DNA of 64,000 bases, taken from assembly GCA_051011415.1 (NCBI GenBank), contig JBPCTY010000047.1, forward strand, positions 17,946 through 81,945, written 5' to 3'. Below, piece by piece: positions 28,919 to 38,113 of the stretch. This DNA is from Acidimicrobiia bacterium. GTDB taxonomy: Bacteria; Actinomycetota; Acidimicrobiia; Spongiisociales; UBA5794. The notes beneath the pieces are model-generated. The model did no database searches. It was not told where the DNA came from and saw only the letters and a list, made by a program, of their open reading frames with translations. Position numbers and translations under genes: made by a program. The stretch's first letter is position 1; each line of letters starts with the position of its first letter.

Positions 28919-29947
28919 TTGACAGACCCGAAGCTCTATGAACTCGGCTGGAGCGATGCGTGGGAAACCAAACGCGCAGCGTCACGTGTCTTCGGCCAGC
29001 CGGCAAGGGTGGTTCGTCACGACGCAGTGAAGGTGCTCGTCGCAACACCTGATGCGGTCGGCCAGGTCACATTCCCCAAGAAAATGAACCTTGCGGTTGG
29101 CGATTGGGTGCTGATCACCAACGAGACTGTTTCAGCAGTTCTTCCGAGGGAGAACGCCCTTGAGCGTGACAATGCTGAGTACGGGACACAGGTCATCGGC
29201 GCAAACCTCGATTTGGTCTTCGTCGTATTCGGTGCCGACCGTCCTCTACGGCAGCGAAAGGTGATGCGGTTCGCAGCATTCGCCGGTGACATCGATGCCA
29301 CTCCGGTCGTCGTCATCTCAAAGAGCGACGTTGCAGGTGACGTTGACCAGATCCACAGCACGATCGCATCTTGGCTCCCTGGCATTGAGGTCCTCAGCGC
29401 GTCAGTGCGAACTGGTCAGGGACTCGACGTGATCGTCGAGCATCTGGCTGGCAGGACGGCAACTTTCATCGGGGAATCAGGAGCAGGAAAGTCTTCCCTC
29501 GTGAACGCATTGATGGAAGACGAGGTTGCGTGGATCGGCGAAGTCCGTGAGGGCGACGCAAAAGGGCGCCATACGACAACGCACCGAGAACTCCATCGTC
29601 TTCCCGGGGGTGGGCTTGTCATCGACAATCCCGGCATCAGGGCGCTTGGTCTCTCCGCAGACGGTGGCGGGCTCGAGTCGGCGTTCGAGGACGTCGAAGA
29701 CCTCTCGACGCAGTGCCGTTTCCGCGACTGTGCCCACAAGTCGGAACCAGGCTGCGCTGTTCGCGCCGCGATCGAGAGCGGGGAGGTTTCCGAGGACAGG
29801 TGGAAGGCCTATCTCCACTTCGTCGATGAGCAATCCGAAGCGGCGGCTCGGTCTGAGGATCGAGAGCGTCAGGCTGATGTACGTCGCGAGGCGGCGGCAG
29901 CTCAGCGTGCACGGGAAGCCAGGGACGACGAAGACCGAGAGTTCTAG
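28919..29947 (+). CDS. rsgA: Ribosome small-subunit-dependent GTPase A
   Basis: Circularly permuted GTPase with GESGAGKSSLVNAL and the zinc knuckle CRFRDCAHKSEPGCAV. Confidence 0.93.
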   Translation: MTDPKLYELGWSDAWETKRAASRVFGQPARVVRHDAVKVLVATPDAVGQVTFPKKMNLAVGDWVLITNETVSAVLPRENALERDNAEYGTQVIGANLDLVFVVFGADRPLRQRKVMRFAAFAGDIDATPVVVISKSDVAGDVDQIHSTIASWLPGIEVLSASVRTGQGLDVIVEHLAGRTATFIGESGAGKSSLVNALMEDEVAWIGEVREGDAKGRHTTTHRELHRLPGGGLVIDNPGIRALGLSADGGGLESAFEDVEDLSTQCRFRDCAHKSEPGCAVRAAIESGEVSEDRWKAYLHFVDEQSEAAARSEDRERQADVRREAAAAQRAREARDDEDREF

Positions 29948-29969
29948 CGCTGTACGTGTGTGATCCCGG

Positions 29970-30359
29970 TCAGGGGTTGACGCCGATCTTGTGTATCTCG
30001 ATGACTCCGTTGACTCGAATCTGGTCGTCTGGCAACGGATACTCGGTGCGGTCGGTGTACTTACGGGCGAGATCGTCGATCAGCCATCTCCCATCCGCCT
30101 CGAATGTGGTCACGGCGCCTCTGAGCACGTAATTGCGATAGTCGTCGCCGATTGTGGTGAACGAGAGGCCGACTCTGGGATCCCTGCGAATGTTTGCTGT
30201 CTTGATCCTGCCCTCCGCAGTAGAGAAGAGCAGCGAGTCTCCGTCGCGTCCGATCCAGATCACCGAAACCTGGGGTGATCCGTCGGGCATCACGGTCGCC
30301 ATGTGCACGAACACCTTGTCGTCGAGTGCAGACTTCACTTCTTCTGGCAGCTGCAACAT
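29970..30359 (-). CDS. Pyridoxamine 5'-phosphate oxidase-family (PPOX-class, probably F420/FMN-dependent) protein
   Basis: 129 aa with the split-barrel family pattern FVHMATVMPDGSPQVSVIW...LLFSTAEGRIKTANIRRDPRV. Confidence 0.8.
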   Translation of the reverse strand: MLQLPEEVKSALDDKVFVHMATVMPDGSPQVSVIWIGRDGDSLLFSTAEGRIKTANIRRDPRVGLSFTTIGDDYRNYVLRGAVTTFEADGRWLIDDLARKYTDRTEYPLPDDQIRVNGVIEIHKIGVNP

Positions 30360-30413
30360 TCCCTCCCAATCGTGTGAAAGCCGACGTTATCTGATCCGCC
30401 TAGCCTCCTTGTC

Positions 30414-31184
30414 GTGGATCTTCAGCTTGCAGACAAAGTGGTTCTCGTCACCGGCGGAGCAGGTGGCATCGGTGCGGCCATCTGCCGGGCATTCGCAAAC
30501 GAGGGGGCCCGGGTCGCCGTCCACTACCACTCCAGTGATGACGCAGCCAAGCGCCTCGCTGACGAGATCGGTGGTGCAGCTTTCGCTGCTGACCTCACTG
30601 ACGCCGCCGAAGCGGTTGCGATGGTCAACGCCGTCGTCGGGCACTTCGGTGGTCTCGATGTGTGCGCGGCAAATGCCGGTTGGTATCCGAGCGAGGACAA
30701 ACCGATCTGGGAGGTCGAGCCCGATCGATTTGCGACGGTTATCGACAGAAACCTCACCGTTGCCTACACAACCGCAAGAGCGTTTCTCGGGAGAGCCGCG
30801 ATCACCGGGCATGGAGCCTTGATCTTCACCTCTTCCACGGCTGGCCACTTCGGTGAGGCTGGTCATGCGGACTACGCAGCTGCCAAAGCTGCGCTGTCCT
30901 ACGGGTTCCTCAATTCACTCAAGAACGAGGCCGCCCGCATCGGTGACGGTGTTCGTGTCAACGCCGTTGCTCCGGGGTGGACAGTGACGCCAAAGCGAGA
31001 GGCAGCCGGAGTCGACGAAACGCATGTGGCCAAGGCAACATCAACGATGTCGCGAAAGCAGCTTGCAACGCCCGACGATGTTGCACGACAGGTCGTCGTG
31101 CTCGCTTCGGATGTCGTAAGCGCTCATCAGACAGGTCAGGTCGTGACTGTTGCCGGAGGAATGGAGGGAAGGCAGATTCCATGA
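30414..31184 (+). CDS. SDR-family oxidoreductase (FabG-like)
   Basis: VVLVTGGAGGIGAAI Rossmann motif and the catalytic YAAAK. Confidence 0.9.
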   Translation: MDLQLADKVVLVTGGAGGIGAAICRAFANEGARVAVHYHSSDDAAKRLADEIGGAAFAADLTDAAEAVAMVNAVVGHFGGLDVCAANAGWYPSEDKPIWEVEPDRFATVIDRNLTVAYTTARAFLGRAAITGHGALIFTSSTAGHFGEAGHADYAAAKAALSYGFLNSLKNEAARIGDGVRVNAVAPGWTVTPKREAAGVDETHVAKATSTMSRKQLATPDDVARQVVVLASDVVSAHQTGQVVTVAGGMEGRQIP

Positions 31185-32356
31185 TCGATATCACTCGCCT
31201 CAGAGCGGAAACTCCAGGTGTTGAGCACGTTGTCCACCTCAACAATGCCGGGTCCGCATTGATGCCTTCGCCCGTGGTTGACATGATCCTTGGCTATCTC
31301 GAGTACGAGGTGCTCAACGGCGGCTATGAGGCACACGCCAAGTTTGAGAACGAGATCGACTCTGTCTACGGCTCGCTCGCCACGCTGATCAACGGTCATT
31401 CGAATGAGATCGCTCTCTCCGACAACGCAACCCGTGCGTGGGATATGGCGTTCTACGGAATGGGACTTGGCGAGGGCGACCGGATCCTCACGACAACGAC
31501 CGAGTACGTGTCGAACTGGGCGGCCTACCTGCATCTCCGCGACACCCGAGGCATTGTGGTTGACGTCGTTCCCGGCACGAGCGACGGGGAGATTGATATT
31601 GATGCACTCGACTCGATGATTGACGGTTCAACAAAGCTCATCACCCTCAATCACATTCCCACGAATACCAGCGTCGTGAACCCTGCTGTGGCAGTGGGCA
31701 GCGTTGCGAAGGACCACGGTGTGCCGTTTCTGCTCGATGCGTGTCAGTCCGTGGGTCATCTGCCCGTCGATGTTGAGGAGATCGGTTGCGACATGCTGGC
31801 TGCGACATCACGGAAGTATCTGCGGGGTCCCCGTGGCGAGGGATTCCTTTATGTCCGTACCGGATTCCTCGACATGCTGTCTCCACCGTTCGTTGAGGAG
31901 TTCAGCGCCCTGATCATCAGGCCAGATTCCTATGTCTTGAAGCCGGATGCTCGACGCTTTGAGACATGGGAGAAGAACTACGCCAACGTGCTCGGGATGG
32001 GCGCAGCTGCGGACTATGCGATGAGCATCGGCATCGAGAGCATTTGGGCTCGGATTTCGGCGTTGGCAGCGTCCCTGCGTGACCTTCTGGCCGACCTCGA
32101 GGGATTGGTACTCCACGACATCGGTTCCACGAAGAGCGGGATCGTCACCTTTTCTGTGGATGGCCGGCCGAGTATCGAAGTTCAGGAATTGCTATCGGAG
32201 CGAAAGATCAATGTGTCCGTGACCACCAGCAGGTCTGCTCCGATTGACATGCACGAACGCGGACTGGACAGTGCGGTCCGTGCATCGGTGCACGCCTACA
32301 ACTCCGAGGCCGAGATCGACACCTTCATCGATGCGATGTCGGTCATCGCGTCCTAG
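31181..32356 (+). CDS. Class V aminotransferase-fold PLP enzyme (cysteine desulfurase/epimerase-like)
   Basis: Trimmed to ATG 31181, which overlaps the SDR stop as ATGA. LNNAGSALMP... and the SRKYLRGPRG lysine context. Confidence 0.85.
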   Translation: MIDITRLRAETPGVEHVVHLNNAGSALMPSPVVDMILGYLEYEVLNGGYEAHAKFENEIDSVYGSLATLINGHSNEIALSDNATRAWDMAFYGMGLGEGDRILTTTTEYVSNWAAYLHLRDTRGIVVDVVPGTSDGEIDIDALDSMIDGSTKLITLNHIPTNTSVVNPAVAVGSVAKDHGVPFLLDACQSVGHLPVDVEEIGCDMLAATSRKYLRGPRGEGFLYVRTGFLDMLSPPFVEEFSALIIRPDSYVLKPDARRFETWEKNYANVLGMGAAADYAMSIGIESIWARISALAASLRDLLADLEGLVLHDIGSTKSGIVTFSVDGRPSIEVQELLSERKINVSVTTSRSAPIDMHERGLDSAVRASVHAYNSEAEIDTFIDAMSVIAS

Positions 32357-32357
32357 G

Positions 32358-33401
32358 TCAGCCAGGGAACGGTTGACCGTTCCGGAAGGCATCGATGAAT
32401 GCCTGGGCCTCATCCGTTGGCACGACATAGGCTCGTCCGTCGCTGCCCTTGTGATTCCGCACCGGCACTGTCGCTGAGTCGATATTGCCGGATCGGAGGG
32501 TGAGGGCATCGCGTCCCAGATCAGCCATTCGGCCGAGGGTCAGTCCCTCGTCTGCGGTGATCTGATCGGCAAACGTCGGCAGGAATCCAGCGAGGTTGAA
32601 AGCACTCGACGGGCTGGTGACCTGATCGAACAGTGCGATGAGAAGCTGCTGCTGACGACCAGTTCTAGAGATGTCGCCCCCTCCGGCGGACTCCCACTGC
32701 CCGTTTCGCAGCTCCTGATACTTGCGTGAACGTGCGTAGGCAACGGCCTGTTCTCCGTTGAGAGTCTGTCGCCCGGCATCCGCTTGGAAGCCGGACGTGG
32801 TGTCCCGTCCTGGGTAGGTGAAGTCGATCGTCACACCACCCAGAGAGTCCACGACTGCTCCAACCCCTGCGAAATCGATCTCCATGTAGTGGTTGATCGG
32901 AATGCCGACTTCCGACTGAACGGTCTGCACGAGCAGGTCGGGCCCGCCAACGACGTATGCCGCGTTGATGCGATTCGTGCCGTGGCCCGGGATGTTCGCT
33001 TGCCAGTCTCGAGGAATGCTGAGCATCTGGATCGACTGACCGGGGACCAGGTGGGCAAGCATGATCACGTCGGTGCGGCGGCCAGCGAACTCTCCGAACT
33101 TGTCGTCCCATTCGTCTGGCAGCGTCGACCGATCGTCGACCCCGACAAGCAGGAAGTTCACGGGCTCGCCTGAAGCAACTGCCGTCTCGAGTGAGGTCAA
33201 GTCATCAGAAGCGATTCGCTCGATCTTGCCCTCTGTGTACTGGAGGTATCCGTAGCCGGCGAAGACGCCGGCGACCGCGACGAACAGAAGGAACAGGACA
33301 AACTTCTGGAAGAAGCTCCACCGTTTCTTTGGACGCGGCTCGCCGGGTTGCGGCGTCTCTACACGCGGGATCTCTGGAAACGTCTCGGTAACACGGGACA
33401 T
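32358..33401 (-). CDS. LCP (LytR-CpsA-Psr) family cell-wall glycopolymer transferase
   Basis: N-terminal TM anchor, then NFLLVGVDDRS...RTDVIMLAHL and the LCP core. Confidence 0.9.
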   Translation of the reverse strand: MSRVTETFPEIPRVETPQPGEPRPKKRWSFFQKFVLFLLFVAVAGVFAGYGYLQYTEGKIERIASDDLTSLETAVASGEPVNFLLVGVDDRSTLPDEWDDKFGEFAGRRTDVIMLAHLVPGQSIQMLSIPRDWQANIPGHGTNRINAAYVVGGPDLLVQTVQSEVGIPINHYMEIDFAGVGAVVDSLGGVTIDFTYPGRDTTSGFQADAGRQTLNGEQAVAYARSRKYQELRNGQWESAGGGDISRTGRQQQLLIALFDQVTSPSSAFNLAGFLPTFADQITADEGLTLGRMADLGRDALTLRSGNIDSATVPVRNHKGSDGRAYVVPTDEAQAFIDAFRNGQPFPG

Positions 33402-33517
33402 GGGCTCTGGAGGTTAGAGACTGACCCCTGATAGCGAACTGCATTGGCGGCTTCTGCAGCGACAGACACGCACGAGCCAGCTGAAACTGTGGTCAAGACG
33501 CACTGTACGATCACACT

Positions 33518-35185
33518 ATGTCTCGAAAGATCCATTCTCAAGACGTAACCATTGGGCCGGCGAGAGCCGGAGCCAGGGCGATGCTCAGAGCAGTTGGCCT
33601 TGGCGAGGATGATTTCGGTCGTTCGCAGGTTGGCGTCGTATCAGCTGGCAACGAAGTGACCCCGTGCAATGTGACAGGCCCGAAGCTGGCAGGTTTCGCA
33701 AAAATCGGCGTCCGCGAAGCTGGTGCGGTCGGTCTCGAGTTTGCAACCATCGCGGTATCTGATGGCATTTCGATGGGTCATGAAGGCATGCGTGCCTCGC
33801 TGGTTTCCCGTGAGGTCATCGCTGATTCCGTAGAGCTTGTCATGCATGCCGAACGCTTCGACGCAATGGTCTCAATCGCCGGTTGCGACAAGTCCCTCCC
33901 TGGCATGCTGATGGCGGCGGCGAGGCACAACCTCCCGTCAGTGTTTCTGTATGGGGGGTCGAGTCTTCCAGGCCGCATCGATGGCAAGGACATCTCGATC
34001 GTGGATGTCTTTGAAGGAATCGGTGCACACTCCGAGGGAAAGATCGATGATGATCGTCTGCTTGCGATAGAGCAGAACGCATGCCCTGGCGCCGGCTCAT
34101 GTGCCGGCATGTTCACGGCAAACACGATGGCGTCAGTTGGTGAAGCAATAGGAATGTCCCTTCCCGGGTCGGCATCTGTACCTGCGGTCGATGCGAGGCT
34201 CGACGATTACGCAAGGCAGTCGGGTGAGGCGGTCGTAGCGCTTCTCGAGGCGGATATCCGACCGAGAGACATCATGACTCGCAAAGCGTTCGAGAACGCG
34301 ATCACCGTGGTCATGGCGCTTGGAGGCTCGACAAATTCTGTGCTTCACCTGATGGCAATTGCGCACGAAGCAGGTGTTGAGCTGACGCTTGAAGACTTCG
34401 ACCGGATTTCTCGACGCACCCCACACATTGGAGATATGAAGCCGTTTGGTCGATATCACATGGTCGATCTCGATCGCATCGGTGGCGTACCCGTGGTTCT
34501 CAAGGCGCTACTCGACGGCGGATTCCTTCACGGCGACACCATGACCGTCACCGGTCGAACGATGGCAGAGAACCTTGTTGAGGTGGCGGTCCCCGCTGAG
34601 CAGGACGTGCTCCTGCCAATCGAGGCTCCGCTCGCGTCGGAGGGAGGAATCGCTGTGCTGCGGGGCTCTCTCGCTCCTGAAGGGGCGGTCGTAAAGATCG
34701 CGGGGATTGAGCTCGATGTGTTCGAAGGAAGGGCGAAGGTTTTCGACGACGAGCAGCATGCGCTCGAGGCGCTGTGGAACCACGAGCTTGAGAAGGGTGA
34801 CGTCGTGGTGATTCGCTACGAAGGGCCGATGGGTGGTCCTGGAATGCGCGAGATGCTTGCAATCACTGCTGCCATCAAGGGTGCAGGCCTTGGCAAGGAC
34901 GTGCTCCTTATTACCGATGGCCGATTCTCCGGCGGAACGACCGGTCTATGTATCGGGCATGTTGCACCTGAAGCTGCTCATGGCGGCCCGATGGGACTTG
35001 TGGCGACGGGCGATCTCATCAGGGTTGACATTCCGAATCGATCGCTTGATCTTCTGATAAGCGACGCAGATCTAGCCGATCGTCGTGAGGCGTTCGAGCC
35101 TGCCGCACCGAGGTACACAACCGGTGCTCTTGCGAAGTACGCGAAACTTGTCGGCTCTGCCGAGACGGGTGCTGTTCTCAGCTAG
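33518..35185 (+). CDS. ilvD: Dihydroxy-acid dehydratase
   Basis: 555 aa. Fe-S ligand contexts [13 protein letters not shown] and [16 protein letters not shown]. Confidence 0.96.
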   Translation: MSRKIHSQDVTIGPARAGARAMLRAVGLGEDDFGRSQVGVVSAGNEVTPCNVTGPKLAGFAKIGVREAGAVGLEFATIAVSDGISMGHEGMRASLVSREVIADSVELVMHAERFDAMVSIAGCDKSLPGMLMAAARHNLPSVFLYGGSSLPGRIDGKDISIVDVFEGIGAHSEGKIDDDRLLAIEQNACPGAGSCAGMFTANTMASVGEAIGMSLPGSASVPAVDARLDDYARQSGEAVVALLEADIRPRDIMTRKAFENAITVVMALGGSTNSVLHLMAIAHEAGVELTLEDFDRISRRTPHIGDMKPFGRYHMVDLDRIGGVPVVLKALLDGGFLHGDTMTVTGRTMAENLVEVAVPAEQDVLLPIEAPLASEGGIAVLRGSLAPEGAVVKIAGIELDVFEGRAKVFDDEQHALEALWNHELEKGDVVVIRYEGPMGGPGMREMLAITAAIKGAGLGKDVLLITDGRFSGGTTGLCIGHVAPEAAHGGPMGLVATGDLIRVDIPNRSLDLLISDADLADRREAFEPAAPRYTTGALAKYAKLVGSAETGAVLS

Positions 35186-35236
35186 AAGATGATGTCGAGG
35201 CCGGATGTAGCACCTGCTCCGTACTACGTTGGCACT

Positions 35237-35491
35237 ATGCAAATCTCACTCGAATACTGCGCAGCCTGAGGCTATACCGACCGTGCCGTGAGCACGGTTC
35301 AGGAAGTTCTTGGCAAGTACGAGCACCACATCGACGGTGTGACTCTCATCCCGTCCCGCGGTGGTGTGTTTGAAGTTCTGGTAGGCGACACTCTCGTTTA
35401 CTCGAAGAAGGAGACCGGTCGACACGCCGAACCAGGAGAAGTCCTGGTTGCTGTGACTGAAGTGCTCGGGCCAGTACCGGAACAGGCCTAG
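35237..35491 (+). CDS. SelW/Rdx-family thioredoxin-fold selenoprotein (UGA 35267-35269 read as Sec in a C-A-A-U motif)
   Basis: The frame of track ORF 35288-35491 is open upstream to ATG 35237 apart from one TGA. Read-through gives MQISLEYCAAUGYTDRAVSTVQEVLGKYEHHIDGVTLIPSRGGVFEVLVGDTLVYSKKETGRHAEPGEV..., which matches the Rdx family layout (beta1-CxxC/U ... GxFEV ... SKxxxGRFP). A hairpin lies at SECIS spacing. Confidence 0.7.
35279..35299 (+). promoter_or_regulatory. SECIS-like stem-loop
   Basis: ACCGTGC (35280-35286) pairs perfectly with GCACGGT (35292-35298). The loop is CGUGA, and a closing G-U pair is possible. The stem starts 10 nt after the UGA. Confidence 0.6.
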
Positions 35492-35513
35492 AACTCAGCC
35501 TCGAGTACCCGGT

Positions 35514-35729
35514 GTGCGCAGGTACCTTTGCGCCATGCCTTCTGGTCGCTCGAACACCATTCTGATCGCGGATCTGCTGTCTCACGATGGCCCGCACCTT
35601 CGCGTGGCCGATGACTTCGTTCGAGCCCAGTGCACGCAATGCGGAGACGCGCTCACACACGATCCTCGTTACGACGAGTGGGGTGCGTATTGCACCGACT
35701 GCTGGAGCTCTACGGGTCACCTTCGCTGA
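35514..35729 (+). CDS. Hypothetical small zinc-ribbon protein (CxxC-x17-CxxC)
   Basis: 71-aa ORF (or from ATG 35535) containing AQCTQCGDALTHDPRYDEWGAYCTDCW. The competing antisense ORF 35346-35720 is Arg-rich. No family recognised. Confidence 0.35.
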   Translation: MRRYLCAMPSGRSNTILIADLLSHDGPHLRVADDFVRAQCTQCGDALTHDPRYDEWGAYCTDCWSSTGHLR

Positions 35730-35731
35730 GT

Positions 35732-37297
35732 TCAGTCGACCCAGGCTGGTGCATTCCTGTCGAGCGTGATCGGCTCGCCGTCCACATAGGTCGCGAGCAC
35801 TTGTGCGTCGTGGATTGCTTGAGCGTCCGCCACGGATGGATCTGTGTCGAGGACCACAAAGTCGGCCGGTGATCCAATGTGAAGCGGAGTCGGCTCATGC
35901 AACGATCGAGCTGCACCTTGTGTAAAGAGGGCGAGTGAGTCCAACGGCGCAAGTGCCTCGTCCGGCAAGATGCCATATCGATCGATGGCAGCAGCCATGC
36001 CCCAGAGCGGGTGGGGCGGCTCTACCGGGCTGTCCGACGAACCAGCCAGCGGAATGCCGGCGTCTGTCATCGATCTGAATGGGTACACCCACCCCCTGCG
36101 GGACTCTCCGACCCGTTTGAACAGCCAATCAGACTCCGATGCGAGAAAGGCCGGCTGGACACAAGCGGTGGTACCCGATTGTGCGAACCGGACGATCTGC
36201 TCGGGACTCAGGATCGAGGCATGTTCCATTCGGAGTCGGTCCGGATCGGCTCCTGCGGCGATGAGTGTCTCGAAGACATCAAGCACTCCATCGACGGCCC
36301 GGTCCCCGATGGCATGGATGCACACCGATCCTCCAAGGTCGATCGAGTGCTGAGCGATAGCGGCGTCCGCGGCTGTGAGGCGATACGTACCCACTCCAGA
36401 ATCGTCTGCGAACGCTGAGTGCATTGCCGCTGTGTGACCACCGAGACTCCCATCCGCAAATCGTTTCACCCCGTGCCAACGAAGACGGGGGCCGGACGTC
36501 GTGAGCACGTCGGCCGCGTGTTCGAGCATGCGAGGGTCGTCGGTGATGGCGATCCCGAACACGTTGATGGGTAGTTCGCTTGCGACGGATCTCCAAAGCT
36601 CTAGCTCTGCCTCCAGCTGCTCGGAGGGCTGCTCCCCGTAGCCCATCATCGCTCCGATCGACGTGATACCGAGACCAGCCAATCGATGAAGGCCCGCAAT
36701 CAACTGCGCCGGTTGGAGTCCTTGGCCGCGGGCGAGTGCTGGGGAGATGAGGCTCGCAGCGGTTTCCCTGAGGACACCTGTCGGCCTTCCCGCCTGGTCA
36801 CGGTCGATCGACCCACCGTCGGGGTCGTCCGTGGCAGCAGATATACCGGACTGGTCCAGCGCAAAACTGTTGGCGACAGCGATGTGACCGCAGTACCGGT
36901 AGATCACCAGAGGTCGGTCAGGCACTGCGCGGTCGAGATCGGCTCGACCGGGCAGACGACCCTCTTGAAGGTGCTCATCGTCGAGGCGGGTTGCTACGAC
37001 AGGGGACTCTGGGTCAATCGTGTCAGCGAAGGCCGCAATACGTTCGATCATGTCGTCGATCGACGTTGCATTCTTGAGGGAGCAGCCAGCAAGAAGTGAT
37101 GCATACGGAGCGGCATGAATATGGGCGTCCCTGAAGCCAGGGACGATCGTGGCTCCTGGGAACTGCTCTTCAGATCTTCCGGAAGCAAGCAGATCATCAC
37201 GCTCACCAATTGCAGCAACGCGGGCACCGTCGATAAGGATCGCTGAGCCCGCTCGTCCTGCGCCCGTTACGACTGATTGTGCGGATACGACCTTCAC
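35732..37297 (-). CDS. Amidohydrolase-family metal-dependent hydrolase (Amidohydro_3-like)
   Basis: 521 aa. The N-terminal metal motif GFRDAHIHA and the rest of the protein are consistent with the TIM-barrel amidohydrolase fold. Confidence 0.85.
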   Translation of the reverse strand: MKVVSAQSVVTGAGRAGSAILIDGARVAAIGERDDLLASGRSEEQFPGATIVPGFRDAHIHAAPYASLLAGCSLKNATSIDDMIERIAAFADTIDPESPVVATRLDDEHLQEGRLPGRADLDRAVPDRPLVIYRYCGHIAVANSFALDQSGISAATDDPDGGSIDRDQAGRPTGVLRETAASLISPALARGQGLQPAQLIAGLHRLAGLGITSIGAMMGYGEQPSEQLEAELELWRSVASELPINVFGIAITDDPRMLEHAADVLTTSGPRLRWHGVKRFADGSLGGHTAAMHSAFADDSGVGTYRLTAADAAIAQHSIDLGGSVCIHAIGDRAVDGVLDVFETLIAAGADPDRLRMEHASILSPEQIVRFAQSGTTACVQPAFLASESDWLFKRVGESRRGWVYPFRSMTDAGIPLAGSSDSPVEPPHPLWGMAAAIDRYGILPDEALAPLDSLALFTQGAARSLHEPTPLHIGSPADFVVLDTDPSVADAQAIHDAQVLATYVDGEPITLDRNAPAWVD

Positions 37298-38085
37298 GGT
37301 TCAATCAAACCGAGCGGCATGTACGACTCAACAACGGTCCGGAAGTCTTGATGGATGTGGCCGTTTGATGCCACGACCAGTCCCATGAATGGGGTCGAAT
37401 CCCGGCCTATCGGATCGGTCACAATGCCGCCGGCTTCCCGCACAAGAAGAAGTCCAGCCGCCCCGTCCCATGGAGCGATGCCAAGCTCCCAATAGCCATC
37501 GAACCGGCCGGCGGCAACCCACGCAAGATCGAGAGCGGCCGACCCAAAGCGTCTGAGTCCGTTCACTTCTCTCAACATCTCCCTCACGACAACGGCGAGT
37601 TCATCGGCTTTCTCGTCGTGGTCGTATGGAAACCCGGTTGCGACTACGCACCGTTCGAGTTCCTCCTCGGTTGAGACGCTGACGACATGGCCATTGAGAC
37701 GCGTGCCCTCGCCCTCGACAGCTGTAAACAGCTCATCTCTAAGTGGGTCGTACACCGCGGCGACCTTGGCGATGCCTCCCTCATAAAGCGCAATTGAAAT
37801 GGAGACCTGTGGAATCGAGTGGACGAAGTTCACCGTTCCGTCGAGGGGATCGACGATCCAGAGCCTTCCATCTGCCACATCGCCACCGCTCTCCTCAGCC
37901 AGGATCGCATCGTCTGGTCGATGGATGCGAAGAAGGGAGATGATCTCCTCCTCCGACGCATGGTCGACTGCCGTCACCGGGTCGAACTTGCCCTTGTACT
38001 CGGGATCAGGTGGCGAGCCGAAGTACTTCGCCACGACTTCTCCGCCTGCTTTTGCTGCTGCTATCGCAACGTGAAGATCGTCCAT
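37294..38085 (-). CDS. Inositol monophosphatase-family protein (SuhB/ImpA/HisN-like)
   Basis: Trimmed to ATG 38085 (MDDLHVAIAAAKAGG...). Motifs AEESGG, WIVDPLDGTVNF and WDGAAG. The upstream 158 codons of the track ORF are Pro/Ser/Arg-rich and antisense to lnt. Confidence 0.9.
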   Translation of the reverse strand: MDDLHVAIAAAKAGGEVVAKYFGSPPDPEYKGKFDPVTAVDHASEEEIISLLRIHRPDDAILAEESGGDVADGRLWIVDPLDGTVNFVHSIPQVSISIALYEGGIAKVAAVYDPLRDELFTAVEGEGTRLNGHVVSVSTEEELERCVVATGFPYDHDEKADELAVVVREMLREVNGLRRFGSAALDLAWVAAGRFDGYWELGIAPWDGAAGLLLVREAGGIVTDPIGRDSTPFMGLVVASNGHIHQDFRTVVESYMPLGLIEP

Positions 38086-38113
38086 GATGAAACAGTAGAC
38101 AGACCGCAGACTG

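Noticed and set aside
35288-35491. The track's 67-aa ORF starting at GTG 35288, taken as the complete gene with the upstream TGA as an ordinary stop or intergenic sequence
   Set aside because: That model removes the first beta-strand and the CxxC/U redox centre that define the Rdx/SelW fold. The upstream 17 codons are in frame, family-like, and followed by a hairpin at SECIS spacing. I kept it only as the fallback if the genome lacks Sec machinery.
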